64,000 bases of DNA from Arenicellales bacterium (GTDB lineage: Bacteria > Pseudomonadota > Gammaproteobacteria > Arenicellales > JAJDZL01). Below the pieces are notes generated by a model. The model was not told the DNA's origin. It made no database searches and saw only the letters and a list, made by a program, of their open reading frames with translations. Position 1 is the stretch's first letter; the number at the start of each line of letters is the position of its first letter. Below are positions 61,038 to 64,000 of the stretch, in pieces. Both the position numbers and the translations under genes were made by a program. The DNA is taken from the NCBI GenBank assembly GCA_965219265.1, contig OZ244730.1:2551120-2615119 (forward strand), written 5' to 3'.

Positions 61038-61064
61038 GATTTGTCTTGCCTGCTTGGATGAAAG

Positions 61065-62315
61065 TCAGTGGGCAACACCGGCAGCCCCATGTTCGTCAAT
61101 CAGCGCGCCTGAAATGAATCGGTCGAGTCCGAATGGTGCATTCAAACTGTGGGGCTCATTGCGTGCGATCGTATGCGCAAATACCCAGCCTGATCCTGGA
61201 GTGGCCTTGAATCCGCCAGTGCCCCAGCCACAATTGAAAAACAAGCCATCCACAGGGGATTTCCCAATAATGGGGCACGCGTCGGGGCATACGTCAACGA
61301 TACCTCCCCAGTGTCTGAGCATTCGCACGCGAGAGAAAATTGGAAACAGCTCGACAATTGCAGCAATGTTGCCTTCAATGGTAGAAAAGCTGCCGCGTTG
61401 ACCATAACCAAGATAGGAATCGACTCCCGCCCCAATTACCAATTCTCCCTTGTCAGACTGACTGATATATCCATGTACGGCATTCGACATCACAACAGTA
61501 TGCAAAACAGGCTTTATGGGTTCGGATACCAGCGCCTGCAGCGGGTGACTTTCAATCGGCATTCTGATACCGGCCATTTCCGCGAGCACGCTTGAATGCC
61601 CTGCTGCAACGACTCCTACCTTGTTGGCTCGAATGTTGCCACGAGAAGTTTCGACTCCTTCTACTGTGCCATTCGTTCGACGAATTCCAGTCACCTCACA
61701 GTTCTGCAAAATATCGACTCCTCTGCTATCCGCTGCTCTCGCAAATCCCCATGCAACGGCATCATGGCGGGCGATCCCACCGCGAGGCTGAAACGACGCA
61801 CCCAAAATTGGATATCTAGCGTTCGGCGAAGTGTTGATGATTGGAATGAGCTTCTTGATGTCCTGCGGATAAAGAACCTGACTGTCGATTCCGTTCAAAC
61901 GATTGGCGTTGGATCGCCTGTAAATGTCTCGCATATCCTGCAGGTTGTGGCCAAGATTCATCACGCCGCGCTGGCTGAACATGACGTTGAAGTTCAGCTC
62001 CTGCGACAGCGACTCCCACAACACCAGGGATTTTTCATAAAGATGTGCGGCTTCATCCCACAGATAGTTGGATCGAACAATGGTCGTGTTCCTACCGGTA
62101 TTCCCGCCTCCAATCCAGCCTTTTTCGACTACTGCGACATTGGTGATGCCGTGCTCGGCTGCGAGATAGTAAGCAGTAGCGAGACCATGCCCGCCACCGC
62201 CTACGATAATTACATCATAAGATTGCTTCGGCTCAGGGTCTCGCCACGCACGCTGCCAGTTCGAGTGCTGACTGAGTGCATGCCGGGCCAAACTGAAGAT
62301 AGAGTACTTCTTCAC
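61065..62315 (-). CDS. soxB: Sarcosine oxidase subunit beta
   Basis: [25 protein letters not shown] and [12 protein letters not shown]. Confidence 0.97.
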   Translation of the reverse strand: MKKYSIFSLARHALSQHSNWQRAWRDPEPKQSYDVIIVGGGGHGLATAYYLAAEHGITNVAVVEKGWIGGGNTGRNTTIVRSNYLWDEAAHLYEKSLVLWESLSQELNFNVMFSQRGVMNLGHNLQDMRDIYRRSNANRLNGIDSQVLYPQDIKKLIPIINTSPNARYPILGASFQPRGGIARHDAVAWGFARAADSRGVDILQNCEVTGIRRTNGTVEGVETSRGNIRANKVGVVAAGHSSVLAEMAGIRMPIESHPLQALVSEPIKPVLHTVVMSNAVHGYISQSDKGELVIGAGVDSYLGYGQRGSFSTIEGNIAAIVELFPIFSRVRMLRHWGGIVDVCPDACPIIGKSPVDGLFFNCGWGTGGFKATPGSGWVFAHTIARNEPHSLNAPFGLDRFISGALIDEHGAAGVAH

Positions 62316-62351
62316 TGTCTGACCGTTGAATTTGAAGCTAGTGCAATAGTA

Positions 62352-63602
62352 TTAGCTATAGACTGGAAACCGACTACACAATTCCTTTACTTTACTCTTG
62401 ATGTCGTTGATGATTGATTCACTTTCAACATCATCAAGAATGTCGCACATCCAGTGAGTCAAGGTTCTCATCTCCTCTTCCTTAAAACCGCGGGTGGTCG
62501 AAGCCGGAGAACCGATTCGCAGCCCGCTGGTGACAAAAGGAGAGCGAGGGTCGTTCGGAACAGTATTTTTGTTGACAGTAATATTAGCCTCGCCGAGTGC
62601 CGCGGCGGCGTCTTTGCCAGTCACATCCCTGCCAATCAGATCAAGCAGAAACAGATGATCATCGGTACCGTCAGAGACGACCTTGTAACCTCGTTCCATA
62701 AAAACCGCAGCCATCGCTCGGGCATTATCCAGCACCTGCTGCTGGTATGCTTTGAATTCGGGTTCGAGAGCTTCCTTGAACGCAACCGCCTTACCAGCAA
62801 TAACATGCATCATCGGCCCGCCTTGTCCGCCCGGGAACACTGCTGAAGCGAGTTTCTTCTGAATTTCCTCGTTCTTGCGTGCAAGTATCAATCCGCCTCT
62901 CGGGCCACGCAGAGTTTTATGTGTCGTTGTGGTAGTAACATCCGCAATCGGTACCGGATTCGGGTACAAACCGGCTGCAACCAGACCGGCTACGTGAGCC
63001 ATATCCACGAATAGGTAGGCATCGACACGATCGGCAATCTCGCGAAAACGATCCCAATCCATAACTCTGGAGTAGGCCGAGAATCCGGCAACAATCATTC
63101 TAGGCTTGTGTTCATCCGCAAGGTCGCTGATCTGTTCGTAGTCTACGATGCCTTCTGAATCGACTCCGTACAGAACCGAGTTATAGATTTTTCCAGAAAA
63201 GTTGACTTTAGCGCCATGCGTCAAGTGACCGCCATGATCCAAACTCATTCCTAGCACCGTGTCATGCGGATCGATCAGTGCCATGTAAACTGCAGAATTT
63301 GCCTGTGAGCCGGAATGCGGCTGGACATTTACATAGTCCGCATCGAACAGCTGTTTTGCTCTTTCAATCGCCAGATTTTCCGCCACATCGACGAACTCGC
63401 AACCACCGTAATAGCGCCGGCCCGGATAACCTTCGGCATACTTGTTCGTGAGTACCGAACCCTGAGCCTGTAGAACTCGTGAGCTGGTGTAGTTTTCGGA
63501 AGCGATCAGTTCGATATGCTCTTCTTGACGAACTTCCTCATTCTTGATTGCTTCCCATAGCGACTCATCGTAATTTTCGATAGTGTCGGTCTTCCTGAAC
63601 AT
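62352..63602 (-). CDS. glyA: Serine hydroxymethyltransferase
   Basis: [15 protein letters not shown] and [14 protein letters not shown]; RBS AAGGAG. Confidence 0.98.
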   Translation of the reverse strand: MFRKTDTIENYDESLWEAIKNEEVRQEEHIELIASENYTSSRVLQAQGSVLTNKYAEGYPGRRYYGGCEFVDVAENLAIERAKQLFDADYVNVQPHSGSQANSAVYMALIDPHDTVLGMSLDHGGHLTHGAKVNFSGKIYNSVLYGVDSEGIVDYEQISDLADEHKPRMIVAGFSAYSRVMDWDRFREIADRVDAYLFVDMAHVAGLVAAGLYPNPVPIADVTTTTTHKTLRGPRGGLILARKNEEIQKKLASAVFPGGQGGPMMHVIAGKAVAFKEALEPEFKAYQQQVLDNARAMAAVFMERGYKVVSDGTDDHLFLLDLIGRDVTGKDAAAALGEANITVNKNTVPNDPRSPFVTSGLRIGSPASTTRGFKEEEMRTLTHWMCDILDDVESESIINDIKSKVKELCSRFPVYS

Positions 63603-63764
63603 TTTTGTCTCCTTGCTGGTTTCAGAAGCCCTTTTTTCGGCTGAAATGCTGTCTTGGAATAAAGTGAGCCTTACATTGTAATTGAAATTGTCAAGATTTA
63701 ATTCTTGCGAATTCTATTGTCGGCAGGTACACATGCTGTGCTTGCACTATAATTTACGAGTGAT

Positions 63765-64000
63765 ATGATCGTTCAAAATCAAATTCGACAAACGCTGACT
63801 GAAGCACTCAATCCAGTTCATCTTGAAGTTATCAATGAAAGCGGTATGCACAGTGTACCTGCGAATTCTGAAACCCACTTCAAGGTAGTTGCCGTTTCAG
63901 AAACATTCCGTGACCAATCCCTGGTTTTTCGACATCGCACGGTTAACGAATTATTGGCGGAACAAATTGCAGGACCGGTACACGCGCTATCCATCCATGC
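63765..64000 (+). CDS. bolA: BolA family protein (runs off the window end)
   Basis: Own translation: MIVQNQIRQTLTEALNPVHLEVINESGMHSVPANSETHFKVVAVS..RHRTV..VHALSIH. Confidence 0.9.
   Translation, partial: MIVQNQIRQTLTEALNPVHLEVINESGMHSVPANSETHFKVVAVSETFRDQSLVFRHRTVNELLAEQIAGPVHALSIH

Noticed and set aside
57165-62315. sox genes as sulfur oxidation
   Set aside because: The motifs are those of heterotetrameric sarcosine oxidase; only the gene names coincide.
63603-63764. Glycine or ZTP riboswitch upstream of glyA
   Set aside because: No consensus elements visible; only an RBS and a TTGACA.

Overview
A 64 kb stretch of mostly core chromosome from a probably marine gammaproteobacterium (inferred from rplM-rpsI-tRNA-Gln, msbA, lgt, icd, erpA, ccmEFGHI and bolA). 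There is no CRISPR array, rRNA gene or prophage. The right half (31-64 kb) is a glycine/C1/N-methyl hub: ltaE, a TctCBA transporter followed by a DgcA/StcD-like flavoenzyme, serA-serC-DUF1015, a PMT-like methyltransferase divergent from metF, soxBDAG and glyA. The best candidate for an undescribed system is an ACT-less SerA + SerC + ParB/Srx-motif DUF1015 operon with no serB. It may run the phosphoserine pathway in reverse, assimilating sarcosine-derived serine to 3-phosphoglycerate. Other notable items are a 967 aa MotB/OmpA-like protein built from nested near-identical DNA repeats (129, 264, 900 and 96 bp), an 877 bp tandem duplication of tauE that carries a dead copy of the erpA 3' end, a dehydrogenase/aldolase islet bracketed by IS21 and IS3 scars, a norQD pair with no norCB in the window, and an unlisted 40 aa membrane ORF. 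All product calls come from recognising motifs by eye; no database searches were run.
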